The notes under the pieces were generated by a model. That model was not told the DNA's origin. It saw only the letters and a list, made by a program, of their open reading frames with translations, and did no database searches. Position numbers and translations under genes: made by a program. Shown here piece by piece: positions 18,592 through 27,546 of a DNA stretch of 64,000 bases. The DNA is taken from the NCBI GenBank assembly GCA_964611435.1, contig CAZSXT010000014.1, forward strand, positions 27,694 through 91,693. Direction: 5' to 3'. Origin of the DNA: an uncultured Rhodospirillaceae bacterium. GTDB taxonomy: Bacteria; Pseudomonadota; Alphaproteobacteria; Rhodospirillales; UBA2165. The number at the start of each line of letters is the position of its first letter. The stretch's first letter is position 1.

Positions 18592-19275
18592 ATGAGTGAG
18601 ATTGAACAACAAAAGCAGCAGCTAGTGGATTGTATCCGCATGCTCGAACGGTCGGACATCATCGACTACAACGGCCATTGCAGCATTCGCACCAACGGCG
18701 ACAATATGTTCATCAATATCGGTTCGTGCCAGCGCAGCCGGCTGACCACCGCCGACATCTGCACCATCGATTTCGACGGCAAAGTGCTGGAAGGTAACGG
18801 TAAGCCCCCGCTGGAATTTCACCTTCATGCCGGTATCTATAAAGAGCGGCCGGACGTGGATGCCATCGTGCACGCCCATCCCAAGTGGTCGACCTTTCTG
18901 ACCATCACAGGTCACCCGTATCTACCGATTTTTGCGCAGGGAACGCTGGTATATCCGTTGCCGATATTGGACTCGCCTAACTCCATCAATAATCCGGAGA
19001 TGGCCAAGCGGCTGACCGACACATTGGGCGACCGACCGGCGGCGTTAATGAAGGCCCACGGCGCGGTGACCACCGGCAAAACCATTCTCGATGCTTTTGT
19101 CTTAGCGACGTACCTGGAAGACAACGCCTACCGGCAGTACATGTCCCTACAGATCGGTGAGCCGTACGAGTTCACCGAGGAAGAGATCGCCGCCTGTCAG
19201 GCCAAGCTGTTCAACGAAAGCCTGTTCAAGCGGACCTGGGATCACTTCTACGCCAAGATGGAAGACGGGGCTTAA
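18592..19275 (+). CDS. Class II aldolase/adducin-family protein (copy 2)
   Basis: GHCSIR and VHAHPKW motifs. The ATG at 18592 (MSEIEQQ) is 25 nt after the copy-1 stop. The track start at 18406 overlaps copy 1. Confidence 0.8.
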   Translation: MSEIEQQKQQLVDCIRMLERSDIIDYNGHCSIRTNGDNMFINIGSCQRSRLTTADICTIDFDGKVLEGNGKPPLEFHLHAGIYKERPDVDAIVHAHPKWSTFLTITGHPYLPIFAQGTLVYPLPILDSPNSINNPEMAKRLTDTLGDRPAALMKAHGAVTTGKTILDAFVLATYLEDNAYRQYMSLQIGEPYEFTEEEIAACQAKLFNESLFKRTWDHFYAKMEDGA

Positions 19276-19284
19276 GGAGCGCGA

Positions 19285-20136
19285 ATGTCTCATCCCGACA
19301 AGTTTTTGATGGCCGCCGTGTTCGGCTGGCCGGTGATGCACTCCCGATCACCCTTGATGCACAATTATTGGTTCGAGCAACAGGGACTGGCCGGCACCTA
19401 TGTGCCCCTGGCGATACAGCCCGGTAAGCTGGAGCCGGCGTTGCGGGCGCTGCATCCGCTGGGATTCTCTGGCTGCAACATCACCATCCCGCACAAGCTG
19501 GACGCCATGGACATTGTTGACGAGGTCGATGACGTGGCGAAGAAGATCGGCGCCATCAGTTGCGTGGTCGTGAACGAGGATGGAACCCTGTTCGGCACCA
19601 ACAACGACTGGCTGGGTTTTCTCGGCAATATGAAGCACCAACAGCCGAACTGGCGGGGCGATGTTGGCCCGGTCGCGGTGATAGGCGCCGGCGGCGGCGG
19701 ACGGGCCGTCTGCTATGCCATGATCGAAGAGGGCGTGCCGGAGATACGCCTCATCAACCGTACCCGGGAGCATGCGGAGGTCTTGGCCAAAGATTTAGGT
19801 GGGCCTATTTCGGTCATGGATTGGGAGGACCGGCACGATGCACTCGACGGCGTGACGACGGTGGTCAATGTCACCAACCAGGGCATGGTGGGCGAAGCAC
19901 CGCTTGATTTGAACTTGGAGAAATTGCCGGCCGCAGCAGTGGCCTCCGACATCATCTACACGCCTTTGGAAACACCGTTCTTGGCGGACGCCAGGGCGCG
20001 CGGGCATGCGACGGTCAATGGCTTGGGCATGTTGATCCATCAAGGCCCGCCGGCGTGGAAACGCTGGTTCGGGGTGGAGCCGACAGTCACGGAGGAACTC
20101 CGTGAGACCATGGAGCGTAGCATCCTCGGCAGCTAA
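19285..20136 (+). CDS. aroE: Shikimate dehydrogenase
   Basis: HSRSPLMHN, NITIPHK and GAGGGGRAV (NADP fold) motifs. Confidence 0.85.
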   Translation: MSHPDKFLMAAVFGWPVMHSRSPLMHNYWFEQQGLAGTYVPLAIQPGKLEPALRALHPLGFSGCNITIPHKLDAMDIVDEVDDVAKKIGAISCVVVNEDGTLFGTNNDWLGFLGNMKHQQPNWRGDVGPVAVIGAGGGGRAVCYAMIEEGVPEIRLINRTREHAEVLAKDLGGPISVMDWEDRHDALDGVTTVVNVTNQGMVGEAPLDLNLEKLPAAAVASDIIYTPLETPFLADARARGHATVNGLGMLIHQGPPAWKRWFGVEPTVTEELRETMERSILGS

Positions 20137-20240
20137 TCCATACCTCGTCGCAACGGGCTATTAATACCTTTTCCCTATACTGATCCGCTGGTCCGATAGA
20201 GCATAATTGAACCGGGCCCGAACGGGATTAGAATGACACG

Positions 20241-21794
20241 ATGTCGGTGATCGAGTCACAACAGGACCGCACAGTGGCGCTGGCCTCGGCGATTGAGGCG
20301 GGCGCGGCGGCGTTTGCGGCGGGGCGGTTCGACGACGCTGTTGCCGCGTTCCAAACGGCGGTTGATCTTGGCGGCAGCCGGGCCCCTGATCTCAACAATC
20401 TGGGCCAGGCCTTGCGCAATGCCGGACGATTGGGGGAGGCGGTAGATGCTTTCACCCGGGCGGCCCAAGCAGATCAGACTTTTGCCGATCCTCTCAATCA
20501 TTTGGGTGCGATTTCAGCGAGTACGGACCGCTATGGTGAGGCGAAGGAATATTACCTCCAGGCCTTGGCGCGACGGCCAGACTACGCGCAAGCCTATTTC
20601 AACCTGGCATTGGCCGAGCAGGTCTCCCGTGACTACGTCGCGGCAATCGCGGCATACCGGCGGGCTATTGATTGTCTGCGCGATTACACTGCCGCTTACA
20701 ATAACCTTGGGGTCCTTCTGTCCGATTTGGGACGGGTGGACGAGGCCGAGACGGTCTTGCGGGACGGGCTGGCGGCGTGCAGCAGTTCAGCGGAATTATG
20801 GACCAGTTTGGGGACGTGCCTCAGTGGGCAGGGTAAGTTCGAGCCGGCGAATGAGGCCTACGCCGCCGCTCTCGACTTGGAGGACAACTTTCAGGAAGCA
20901 CGGTGGAACCTTGCCATGCTGCAAGTCGCATCGGGGGAGTTTGCCGACGGCTGGGCCAACTACCGCTATCGGCCAAGTGTGGAGCGGGACAAATATCCGA
21001 TGCCGCAAGCCCCTTGGCCGGAAGGTATGTCTGGGCGATTGGTAGAGGTTCATGGCGAGCAAGGGCTGGGGGACGAGCTGTTTTTTCTGCGCTTTGTTCC
21101 GGCACTAAAGGCGCGAGGTGCCGGTGTGCGCTATCTCGCCGATCCAAAGATCTCGGGTCTTTTGGCCGATTACTCTGATCTGCAGGCAGAGGGCGAGGCG
21201 ACGGATGTCATTTCACTTGCCGATCTGCCGTACCTGTTGGGAAGCCGGGAGACTCCGCCATCCATTCGATTGACTCCTGATCCTGACCGCGTGGCGAAAC
21301 TACAGGATAGGCTCAAGGCCGCCGGGCCGGCGCCGTATATCGGGATCACCTATCGGGCTGGCCGTCGGATCGGTGGGGCGTTGTTTAAGGAGGTTGGCAT
21401 TCGCGAACTTGGCCGGGCCCTCGGCATGGCGTCAGGTACCTTGGTCAATCTCCAACGGGAGCCGGAGGACAATGAGGCCGCCGACTTGGCCGAGTCTGCC
21501 GGGCGGGACATCGCGCATTTTTGCGAGCTCAACGACGACCTCGCCGACATGCTGGCATTGATGTCCCTGCTGGATGACTATGTGGGGGTGAGCAACACCA
21601 ACATGCACTTGCGGGCGGCTGTTGGCTTACCGGCGCGCGTTTTGGTGACCCATCCGGGAGAATACCGCTGGACCCTTGAAGGCGCGGTCTCTCCCTGGTT
21701 TCCGCATTTCGATTTATACCGCGAGGCGCCAGAGAGTGGCTGGACGGACGTGCTGCAACAATTTGCCGATGATCTGAAGGGAAACGCCCGATGA
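20241..21794 (+). CDS. TPR-repeat protein fused to GT9 (heptosyltransferase-like) glycosyltransferase domain
   Basis: The N-terminal ~240 aa are TPR repeats. The C-terminal part has GT9-like GLGDELFFLRFVPALKARG and GVSNTNMHLRAAVGLPARVL blocks. Confidence 0.75.
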   Translation: MSVIESQQDRTVALASAIEAGAAAFAAGRFDDAVAAFQTAVDLGGSRAPDLNNLGQALRNAGRLGEAVDAFTRAAQADQTFADPLNHLGAISASTDRYGEAKEYYLQALARRPDYAQAYFNLALAEQVSRDYVAAIAAYRRAIDCLRDYTAAYNNLGVLLSDLGRVDEAETVLRDGLAACSSSAELWTSLGTCLSGQGKFEPANEAYAAALDLEDNFQEARWNLAMLQVASGEFADGWANYRYRPSVERDKYPMPQAPWPEGMSGRLVEVHGEQGLGDELFFLRFVPALKARGAGVRYLADPKISGLLADYSDLQAEGEATDVISLADLPYLLGSRETPPSIRLTPDPDRVAKLQDRLKAAGPAPYIGITYRAGRRIGGALFKEVGIRELGRALGMASGTLVNLQREPEDNEAADLAESAGRDIAHFCELNDDLADMLALMSLLDDYVGVSNTNMHLRAAVGLPARVLVTHPGEYRWTLEGAVSPWFPHFDLYREAPESGWTDVLQQFADDLKGNAR

Positions 21795-22525
21795 CCACCA
21801 ACCGGATTTCTATCTTGTGTCCGACCCGGGGCAATCCCGATTTCGTCGAGCTGCAGTTGCAGAATATGGCGGACACGATTGCCGAGCCATCCCGGTTCAA
21901 GATTTTTTACTACGTCGATAACAACGATTCGACCATCAAGGACTATCAATTCGTCTTCCATAAGATGGCGGCCAAGGTCGGCCAGACCCTACAGTTCGAG
22001 ATCGTCTCCGGCGATCCCATCGGTACGCCAAAGGCGATAAATCTGATGGCGGAGATGGCGGAAGCCGATGTCTATATGCTGATCGCCGACGATATGGTCT
22101 ATGAGACCGAAGGTTGGGATCGCGCGGTGGATCAGGTTGCCGCCGACTATCCGGATGGGGTGTTCAATGCCTGGTTCGACGACAATGTTTTTGGCGACAA
22201 GCTGAGCTGGTACCCGATCCTCGGGCGCACCTGGTACAAAACGCTGGACTACATTGCACCGGTAATCTTTGAACACTATGCCGTGGATCATTGGATGCAT
22301 ACGCTGGGCAAGGCGGTGGGCCGTAATGTGTTTATTACCGAGCATACGCTGGGCCAGCGTCAGATCGACGACGTGGCGACGGAAGCCCGGTACGCCTGGG
22401 AAGTGGACGGCGCTGCCAAACGCAAGATGGACCGGGACAATGAGCAGTTTCAGAAGTTCCTGCGCTATCTGCAGCTCGACGCCGAGCTTCTGCGCAAGGC
22501 GATCGCCGAGGCGGAGGGTGCGTGA
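21791..22525 (+). CDS. Hypothetical protein, GT-A-like putative glycosyltransferase
   Basis: ISILCPTRGN (a GT2-like N-terminal strand) and a DxD-like LIADDMV. ATGA overlap with the upstream gene and GTGA overlap with the downstream gene indicate coupling. The family assignment is weak. Confidence 0.5.
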   Translation: MTTNRISILCPTRGNPDFVELQLQNMADTIAEPSRFKIFYYVDNNDSTIKDYQFVFHKMAAKVGQTLQFEIVSGDPIGTPKAINLMAEMAEADVYMLIADDMVYETEGWDRAVDQVAADYPDGVFNAWFDDNVFGDKLSWYPILGRTWYKTLDYIAPVIFEHYAVDHWMHTLGKAVGRNVFITEHTLGQRQIDDVATEARYAWEVDGAAKRKMDRDNEQFQKFLRYLQLDAELLRKAIAEAEGA

Positions 22526-24489
22526 GCCGGAGTGGCGACTTGCTGGCCGAGGGGATTGCGGCCCATAGCGCCGGCAACATGGACGACGCCCGGCGCGCGT
22601 TTAACGCCGTCTTACAAGAAGAGCCCTATCACGCAGACGCCCTTCATCGTCTGGGCCTCATCTCCGCGCAGAAGAACGAGCTCAGGGAAGCCATTGCTTA
22701 CCTGAGAAGTGCGGCGGCGGCGGACAAGTCCCGCGCAGATGTTCACGCGGACCTTGGCGTGCTTTACAGGATGAGCGGCGATGCGATGCGGGCCGAGCGC
22801 AATTTGAAACGCGCTATCGAGTTGGACGGAGACCGCGCCGACTTTCACTACAACCTGGGTCTGGTGCTCAATGATCTGGCACGGCCCGAAGACGCGCGGA
22901 GCGAATACCAACGGACGGTCGAGCTCAATCCCGGCCATGCGGCGGCCCACAACAACCTGGGCAACGTATTAAAGTCGATGAACGATTTGGACGGCGCTGC
23001 TTCGGCCTATCGGGCCGCGATTGCAGCCGACGCTGGATTTGCGCCGGCGCACAAGAACCTGGCCGATATCCTGGAGACCGAAGGAGACAGGGCCGGGGCA
23101 GGGGAGGCGTATGCGGCGGCGCTTCATCTGCGCCCCGATCCCGGTACGCGCATCCGTGAAGCGCTCCTGCTCCCCGTGCTACCGGACTCGGTGGATCAGA
23201 TCACTGAACTGCGCGCGGGTTTGAACGAGAAGCTGGACCGGCTTTTGGACGAGGATTTGCACCTGACCGATCCGCTCCGGGAGGTTGGCGCCACCAATTT
23301 TCTCCTGGCCTATCACGGACTGGAGGACGTAGAGGTTCAGTCCAAGCTGGCTGATCTCTATGTGAAAGCCTGTCCCGACTTGGCATTCGAAGCGCCACAC
23401 TGCCGGGAGTGGCTGGCCGGGATGGAAGGCGGCAAGATCAGGATCGGTTTTGTCTCTGCCTTCTTCTACGGTCACACGATTGCCCGGCTGAATGCCGGAC
23501 TGATCCAAGGGCTGCCCCGCGATAAGTTCGAGGTCATTCTTTACACCCTGGCGGAGGTCCAGGATGAGATGGCCCATGCCCTGTCATCCTGTGCCGACAA
23601 TGTGGTGTATCTGCCCCGCAAACTGGAGATGGCGCGCGACCGAATCGCGGCGGACCAGCTGGATGTTCTGTACTTCACGGATATCGGGATGGAGCCGATC
23701 AGTTATTTTCTGGGGCTTTCGCGTCTGGCGCCTGTCCAGTGCGCCACCTGGGGACACCCGGTCACCAGCGGCAGCCCAGCAATGGATTACTTTATCTCCA
23801 GCCGGCTGACCGAACCGGCAGGTGCGGCAGAAAGCTATCGGGAGCGTCTGGTTCTGCTGGACGACTTCAGCACCAGTGTTGCCGATCCTGCGCCCGACGC
23901 AGGTGCGGAAACGGGCAGTGGCAGGCGCATCCTGTGTCCGCAGTCATTGTTCAAGTTCCACCCGGACTTTGATCATATCATCGGCGATATCTTGACCCGG
24001 TGCCCAGATGCGGCGTTACAGTTGCTCCATGGCAGCCGACCGGGCTGGGGAGAGCTGTTGATGGCCAGGTTCGCCCGGACAATCCCTGCGGTCGTGGATC
24101 GTATTTCTTTCGCGCCCCGCATGGATCGGGATGGCTTTCTGGGTTTGCTGGCCTCGGCGGATGTGGTGCTGGACACACCGCACTTCTGCGGCGGCATGAC
24201 GACCTATGAGACGCTCGCCGTCAGCACGCCCGTCGTCACCTTACCCGGTGATTTTATGCGGGGCCGGCTCAGTCTGGGACTGTATCGCCAAATGGGGATT
24301 AAGGACTGGATCGCCGATGATGCTGCCCACTACGCCGATTTGGTGGAGGGGCTGGTCAAAGATAACGCCCGGAATAGACAGGCCCGCGAGGCCATTCTCG
24401 CCGGCAAGCCGGAGATATTCGACCGTTCTGAACCCATCGACCAACATGTCCATTTTTTGGAAAAGTCGATGTATGCGCCGGAGGCCTAA
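22522..24489 (+). CDS. TPR-repeat protein fused to GT41 (SPINDLY/O-GlcNAc-transferase-like) domain
   Basis: The N-terminal ~200 aa are TPRs. The C-terminus has IRIGFVSAFFYGHTIARL and DTPHFCGGMTTYETLAVSTPVVTL, typical of SPY-family predicted O-linked GlcNAc transferases. GTG start. Confidence 0.8.
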   Translation: MSRSGDLLAEGIAAHSAGNMDDARRAFNAVLQEEPYHADALHRLGLISAQKNELREAIAYLRSAAAADKSRADVHADLGVLYRMSGDAMRAERNLKRAIELDGDRADFHYNLGLVLNDLARPEDARSEYQRTVELNPGHAAAHNNLGNVLKSMNDLDGAASAYRAAIAADAGFAPAHKNLADILETEGDRAGAGEAYAAALHLRPDPGTRIREALLLPVLPDSVDQITELRAGLNEKLDRLLDEDLHLTDPLREVGATNFLLAYHGLEDVEVQSKLADLYVKACPDLAFEAPHCREWLAGMEGGKIRIGFVSAFFYGHTIARLNAGLIQGLPRDKFEVILYTLAEVQDEMAHALSSCADNVVYLPRKLEMARDRIAADQLDVLYFTDIGMEPISYFLGLSRLAPVQCATWGHPVTSGSPAMDYFISSRLTEPAGAAESYRERLVLLDDFSTSVADPAPDAGAETGSGRRILCPQSLFKFHPDFDHIIGDILTRCPDAALQLLHGSRPGWGELLMARFARTIPAVVDRISFAPRMDRDGFLGLLASADVVLDTPHFCGGMTTYETLAVSTPVVTLPGDFMRGRLSLGLYRQMGIKDWIADDAAHYADLVEGLVKDNARNRQAREAILAGKPEIFDRSEPIDQHVHFLEKSMYAPEA

Positions 24490-26318
24490 ACCGCTTCTTC
24501 CGCCGCGTCGGTACTTTCGTCCCGTATCTTGTTGCCCAGCTCGATGTAGCGGGCGACGTCGCAGTGTTTTTCGATCAGATCGTTGTAGCTCGTCTGCACC
24601 CGTTCCGCCGTTTCGGCAAGGATTGCCGCACCGTCTGCTGTGGGCGTCTTGACCGTACGTTCTATCCATTGATCACCGATATAGAGCGCATCCAGACCGG
24701 TGCGCATGAAACAGCTGATGGCGTCCGCGGGCGTTTCGACGATGGGTTCTTCCCGGTCGTTGAAAGATGTGTTGAGCAGGATGGGACAGCCTGTCTCCGC
24801 ATCAAACGCATCCAGCAAATCATAGTAGGGTTTGTTCTGCTTGGCGGAGACCGTCTGCACCCGGCAACTGCCATCGGCGTGGATTACCGCCGGGGCCTCG
24901 TCCAGATGGCCGTCAACCACCGCGCCCGCGATGATCATGAATGGGCTTTTCTTGGGGGCGTTCATGAAGGTTGGCACCCGGCCTTCCATGCAGCTTGGCG
25001 CGAAGGGGCGGAACCCTTCCCGGTGTTTGATCTCCCGGTTGATCTTGTCTTTCATATCCGCCGGCCGGGGATCGGCCAGGATGCTCCGGTTGCCGAGGGC
25101 GCGCGGACCGTATTCCGACGCGCCGGTCAACCGCCCGACAATTTTGCCGGTGGCGAGTTCCTTAGCGACGTCCGCAGGCGACGCCGTGCGGCTGGAAAGA
25201 TTCCAACGGCTCACTTGGTCTTGTAACCCGGCGTTACCGTGATCAACGCCAAGATAGGCGGCGTCCATGTGCCAGCGTTTTTTACCGCCTTTGGCGTAAT
25301 AGCCATAGAGCGCGCAGCCCAAGGGGATGCCTTCGTCGGACGCGGCAGGCTGAATATAAAGACCGCTGAAATGCCCGCTGTCATAGATTTGGCGGTTGAT
25401 GATGCAGTTCAGCGCCGCGCCGCCGGCCAGGCAGAGCTTATCCGCGCTGGTTTTCAGCTTCGCCAGCCACACCAAATAGAGAATGTCCTCTTCCAGGGTT
25501 TCCTGGGCTTGGCGGGCCATATTGACCCAGGTCTCGGCGACCAGGTCTTCGCTGTCTTCACCCGTATATTTCGGGGCGTCCGACATACCGAAAACGGTTT
25601 TGTCATGATTGATGATGAAGTCGTCGAACCGGTCCGGATCAACCGCCACATAGTCCTTGCGCTCGAACATATGGGCGAAGCCGGCCAGCGCCATGGTCTG
25701 TCCCGCGCCAAAAATGTCGTAGCCCAGATGGGCGGAAATTTTGTCATAGAAGAAAGAGGAATTGACAAAATGATCTCGACGCTCGGCCAATACCTCGCCG
25801 TCCTTATATGTGTCGCCCAGGTAGCCAATCCGGTCGATGGGCTTGAGGCTTTCTCCTTGGCCGATGTAAAGACCTGTGCCGCCCTCGGTCACCAGGATGG
25901 CCGCCTCGTCAAAAGGGGAGGCGAAGTAGGTGCTGGCCGCGTGGGCGTCCACGTGGTTGACCCAGCGCACTTTCGAGCGGTCTAGTTTAATCGTCTGTTC
26001 CGCCAGATAGTTCCAGAAGTGATTGTCGTCGTATCGAGGTTGATGCCGCCTGAGCGCGTTCTGATAGCCGAACTGGGAATTGGCCTCCGGCCAAATCTCC
26101 ATATGCCGGTCGATGCAGATCAAATCGACCTCGTCCAAACTGCTGAGACCCAAGGCCGCAAGGCAGTAATCTATCGACAAGAGCGGATAGGTGAAGGAAT
26201 GCTTTCGCCGGTTCAGCCGGGCCTCGGAAATGGCATGCACGGTCAGTGAACCGTTGTCGTCAGAGACGATGGCCGCGCCCGTGTCGTGGCTGAAACATTT
26301 TAGGCCGAGAACAATCAT
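24486..26318 (-). CDS. Carbamoyltransferase (NodU/CmcH family), paralog 1
   Basis: 610 aa with MIVLGLKCFSHDTGAAIV and the C-terminal LLNTSFNDREEPIV block. Confidence 0.9.
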   Translation of the reverse strand: MIVLGLKCFSHDTGAAIVSDDNGSLTVHAISEARLNRRKHSFTYPLLSIDYCLAALGLSSLDEVDLICIDRHMEIWPEANSQFGYQNALRRHQPRYDDNHFWNYLAEQTIKLDRSKVRWVNHVDAHAASTYFASPFDEAAILVTEGGTGLYIGQGESLKPIDRIGYLGDTYKDGEVLAERRDHFVNSSFFYDKISAHLGYDIFGAGQTMALAGFAHMFERKDYVAVDPDRFDDFIINHDKTVFGMSDAPKYTGEDSEDLVAETWVNMARQAQETLEEDILYLVWLAKLKTSADKLCLAGGAALNCIINRQIYDSGHFSGLYIQPAASDEGIPLGCALYGYYAKGGKKRWHMDAAYLGVDHGNAGLQDQVSRWNLSSRTASPADVAKELATGKIVGRLTGASEYGPRALGNRSILADPRPADMKDKINREIKHREGFRPFAPSCMEGRVPTFMNAPKKSPFMIIAGAVVDGHLDEAPAVIHADGSCRVQTVSAKQNKPYYDLLDAFDAETGCPILLNTSFNDREEPIVETPADAISCFMRTGLDALYIGDQWIERTVKTPTADGAAILAETAERVQTSYNDLIEKHCDVARYIELGNKIRDESTDAAEEAV

Positions 26319-26417
26319 GATCGGCTTCTATCCTTACACAATTATGCTGATCAATTCATTAATAGCTGTGCCTTTCCACACTTGGCGGCAGCGCCCATTT
26401 GTGGGAGAACTCGATCC

Positions 26418-27482
26418 ATGGAATCCGCAGTTATGACAACCCTTTCCGCGCCACCGGACTCCCGGGATCGCGCCATCGCCTCCTGGCTGTTTGGCATGTG
26501 TGGCATGGTGATGATCATGGTGGTGTTGGGCGGGCTTACACGGCTCACCCATTCCGGGCTGTCGATGGTCGATTGGCGGCCAGTGACCGGCTGGCTGCCG
26601 CCGATGAATGATGCGGAGTGGTTGGCGGTATTTGATCTTTATAAACAAACGCCCCAGTTCCTGAAGCTTAATGCGGATATGACGGTCGATGGATTCAAGT
26701 CGATCTTTTGGCTGGAATACATCCATCGTCTTTGGGGTCGGGTGATCGGCGTGGCTTTCTTCCTGCCCTTTGTTTATTTCGCGGTCAAAGGCTGGGTCGG
26801 CAAAGTCCTCGGCATCAAACTGGCGGTGATGTTTATTTTGGGCGGCGCCCAAGGCGTGCTCGGCTGGTACATGGTGCAGAGCGGTTTGATCGACCGGCCC
26901 GACGTCAGTCAGTACCGGCTGACGGCGCATTTCGGGCTGGCGGTTTTGATCCTTGGCTACATGTTCTGGGTGGCGATGGACCTGTGGAAAGAGGGCAAGG
27001 TGCGCGCCCACTACAGTACGCCCGCCGGTTTGCGAGGTCTGGCGACGTTTACTGTGGCCTGGATTTTCTTGACCATGATGTCAGGCGGGTTCGTGGCCGG
27101 ACTTGATGCCGGACTGACTTACAACACGTTTCCTTTAATGGATGGCAAGTTTATCCCGGACGGTCTATTCAGCGAGACACCCTGGTGGATCAACTTGTTC
27201 GAGAACGTGACCACCGTCCAGTTTGATCACCGGATTTTGGCGGAGACGTCTTTTGTTCTGGTGGTGGCCGTTTGGGTGCTATCGAAGCGGGCGGACCTGC
27301 CGCCGCCGGCTAGGACCGCCGTGCACGCATTTGCTGGTATGGCGATTGTCCAGGTCGTGCTGGGAATTTCCACCCTTCTTTTGGTGGTGCCGATCACCCT
27401 CGCCGCCCTGCATCAGTTGGGGGCGTTGGTACTGCTGATGACAGGACTATGGACCTTGTTCGAAATGCAGGCGCAGCGGTAA
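26418..27482 (+). CDS. ctaA: Heme A synthase (COX15/CtaA)
   Basis: LGGLTRLTHSGLSMVDWRP, EYIHRLWGR and FDHR motifs, with about 8 TM helices. The ATG at 26418 follows GGGAGAA. Confidence 0.85.
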   Translation: MESAVMTTLSAPPDSRDRAIASWLFGMCGMVMIMVVLGGLTRLTHSGLSMVDWRPVTGWLPPMNDAEWLAVFDLYKQTPQFLKLNADMTVDGFKSIFWLEYIHRLWGRVIGVAFFLPFVYFAVKGWVGKVLGIKLAVMFILGGAQGVLGWYMVQSGLIDRPDVSQYRLTAHFGLAVLILGYMFWVAMDLWKEGKVRAHYSTPAGLRGLATFTVAWIFLTMMSGGFVAGLDAGLTYNTFPLMDGKFIPDGLFSETPWWINLFENVTTVQFDHRILAETSFVLVVAVWVLSKRADLPPPARTAVHAFAGMAIVQVVLGISTLLLVVPITLAALHQLGALVLLMTGLWTLFEMQAQR

Positions 27483-27500
27483 TCATCTGGGCGATGATAG

Positions 27501-27520
27501 ACCCGGCCAAAGCCGGGTCC
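27501..27520. terminator. Perfect 8-bp hairpin between convergent ctaA and MCP genes (possible bidirectional terminator)
   Basis: GACCCGGC-CAAA-GCCGGGTC. There is no clear U-run on either side. Confidence 0.4.
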
Positions 27521-27546
27521 TTCAGTCTACCCATGGTTACGTCTAT

